A stretch of 64,000 nucleotides of DNA from Cetorhinus maximus (lineage: Eukaryota). The notes beneath the pieces are model-generated. The model was given only the letters and a program-made list of their open reading frames with translations. It was not told the origin of the DNA and made no database searches. Of this stretch, positions 62,195 through 64,000 are shown piece after piece (positions within the stretch are counted from its first letter, which is position 1; each line of letters starts with the position of its first letter). The stretch covers positions 23,746,001 to 23,810,000 of the forward strand of contig NC_135906.1 in the NCBI RefSeq assembly GCF_964194155.1, read 5' to 3'. The position numbers were made by a program, and so were the translations under genes.

Positions 62195-62480
62195 TATTGC
62201 CCAAGTCACTATTCCTCACACGTCAGTCTGCGCACATGCCTATCAGCAGGCCATTTGACCATGGAAGGCATCGCACCCAAAACCTGATCTCGTCCTCACA
62301 CAACACCCATGTTCGTGTTTTATCCTCTGCATTGTGAACAGGGCAGAAACCTCAGCTGGATGTTCCCTCCCTATTGCGGGGATCCTGCCAAAAAAACATT
62401 CCCCCCGCCCCCCTATTGAAATCAGGAACAAAGTTGGCAGCGAACCTGGGGCCGACTGAGTCCGTATTGCTCAGTGTTAG
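62195..62480 (-). mobile_element. LF-SINE-like element (RNF11-like intron 2)
   Basis: Minus strand 'gtgaggacgagatcaggttttgggtgcgatgccttccatggtcaaatggcctgctgat...gaggaatagtgacttgggc'. Confidence 0.55.
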
Positions 62481-62946
62481 ACTGGGAAGAGAACCAATCC
62501 ACTAAGCAATCAGGGAATATTCGTAAGCTATTAATACTAGCTCATTTGAACCATGGAGCCAAACAGCACAGAAGGCCGTTCTGCCCATTATGCTTCTGCC
62601 AGCTCTCTGAAAGAGCTATCCAGTTTATCTATCCCACTTTCCTGCTTTATGCCCACAGCCCTTCAGATTTCTCCCTTTGAAAGTTGAATCAGCTACCACC
62701 ATCTTTCAGGCAGTGCGTTCCAGATCACGACAAATTGCTGTGTAAAGAAACTTCTCTAAATCTCCTGGCTGCAATATTTTGCCAATTATTTTAAATCTGG
62801 GCCCTCTGGTTACCGACTCTCCTGCCAGTGAGAATAGTTTCTGCCTGACCACTCTGTCAGAAGCCCACCTTAGGAAAGGATAACTGGAGTATCCCAGCTG
62901 CCTGCCATGCTGCCTCCAGCTCCCTTTCCAATGCACTCATACTCAC

Positions 62947-63116
62947 TCCTTGATTTTCTTGTTTTGGCTGTCCTTGCCAAAGTCAAAGCTGCCTTTGGGA
63001 AGGTGCTGGATCAGACCAAGTCTCTGCGCTATTCGGATCTGTTCTTCCTCTGTCAGCTGAGTTGCCAGGCGGGTCTGACTGGGCGTTGGGTGATAAACTG
63101 GAATTTGCACTTGTTC
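62947..63116 (-). CDS. RNF11: RNF11-family E3 ligase, coding exon 2 (EQVQIPVYHPTPSQTRLATQLTEEEQIRIAQRLGLIQHLPKGSFDFGKDSQNKKIK)
   Basis: Acceptor TTTCAG|, donor GA|GTGAGT; closely matches RNF11 'PVYHPTPSQTRLATQLTEEEQIRIAQR'; 170 nt. Exon 1 is beyond the window end. May be a paralogue rather than the orthologue of human RNF11. Confidence 0.92.
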
Positions 63117-63171
63117 CTGAAACGCATGCAATTCATTTGTTAGGGAATAAACCATATGCAACAAGATCCCC

Positions 63172-63890
63172 AACACTCACTCCCTCCACTACCGATGCAC
63201 AGTGACAGCAGTGTGTACCATCAACAAGATGCACTGCAGCAACTCACCAAGGCTCCTTTGACAGCGCCTTCCAAACCTGTGACCTCTAACATCTAGATGG
63301 GCAAGGGCAGTAGGCACATGGAAACACTACCACCTGGAAGTTCCCCTCCAAGTCACTCATCATTCTGACTTGGAACTATATCGCCATTCCTTCACTGCCA
63401 TTGGGTCAAAATCCTGGAACTCCCTCCCTAACAGCACTGTGGATGTACCTACACCACAAGAACTGCATTGGTTAAATCAATAAGGATTATTAAATCTTCA
63501 ATTAGGAACACAAATTAAAAAAGGGTAGGGACTGAGTTTTACCAGGCTGTTACCAGTAATGAATGACGTCAGTAGCGTGGAGAGCAGTCGGGATCTGGAA
63601 TGTTCTACCTGAAGTAATTTTGAAAAGGAGTTGGATGGATAATTGAGGATAAGGAACATACAGGATTACAGACAAAAAGCTGGGATTGAAGGACTAAATA
63701 GGAATGCTCTTCCAAAGTGACATTCTAATACTCTTCCAAAGTGGGCTGAATGGCCTCCTTCAGTGCTGCATGTTTGTATGACTCCACGGTTCAAGAAAAC
63801 GGCTCATCACCTCCTTCTAGAGGATAAGGAAGAATGGGCAATAAATGTTGGCCTTGCCAATGGCACTCACGTCCCATGAACAACTAAAAA
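63172..63890 (+). mobile_element. LINE 3' fragment split by a CR1-like insert (~63475-63786), in the RNF11-like intron 1
   Basis: 63172-63475 matches 5275-5575; resumes 'cggttcaagaaaacggctcatcacc...gggcaataaatg' at ~63787. Confidence 0.75.
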
Positions 63891-64000
63891 GATAAATAGG
63901 GATGAGGAAGGCCATTTGACCCCACTTAGTTCATCCATCCAATTATTTCTTACCATGTTTCTGAGGTTTATTAACCTCCACTCTCCCGTTTGCAGTGGAA

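Overview
Eukaryotic, intron-rich vertebrate DNA. The repeat complement (DeuSINE/SacSINE-like and LF-SINE-like SINEs, CR1-like and L2 LINE tails, abundant Penelope-derived short repeats) suggests a cartilaginous fish (shark); this is an inference. Three protein-coding genes can be built with GT-AG splice sites in phase: (1) complete GET3/ASNA1 (minus strand, 7 coding exons, 36060->23698, 342 aa); (2) complete TRIR/C19orf43 (plus strand, 3 coding exons, 36665->44937, 157 aa), head-to-head with GET3 across a ~600-bp CpG-rich bidirectional promoter; (3) the last two coding exons of an RNF11-family RING-H2 ligase (minus strand, 63116->60680; exon 1 is outside the window). The rest is mostly transposon-derived. 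The most notable non-genic signal is a Penelope-like element (PLE) system. A PLE with an open GIY-YIG endonuclease frame sits inside a CR1-like LINE with an 11-bp target duplication. Its terminus carries a minimal hammerhead-ribozyme-like motif. The same terminus is scattered across the window as short, often palindromic non-autonomous repeats. A second hammerhead-like family forms a ~550-bp inverted repeat in the last GET3 intron. Also present: a Harbinger-type remnant with a Myb/SANT exon, Tx1-like 3' ends, two MITEs and a template-switch micro-inversion. No prokaryotic-type systems (CRISPR, operons) are present. Repeat boundaries were read by eye and are approximate.
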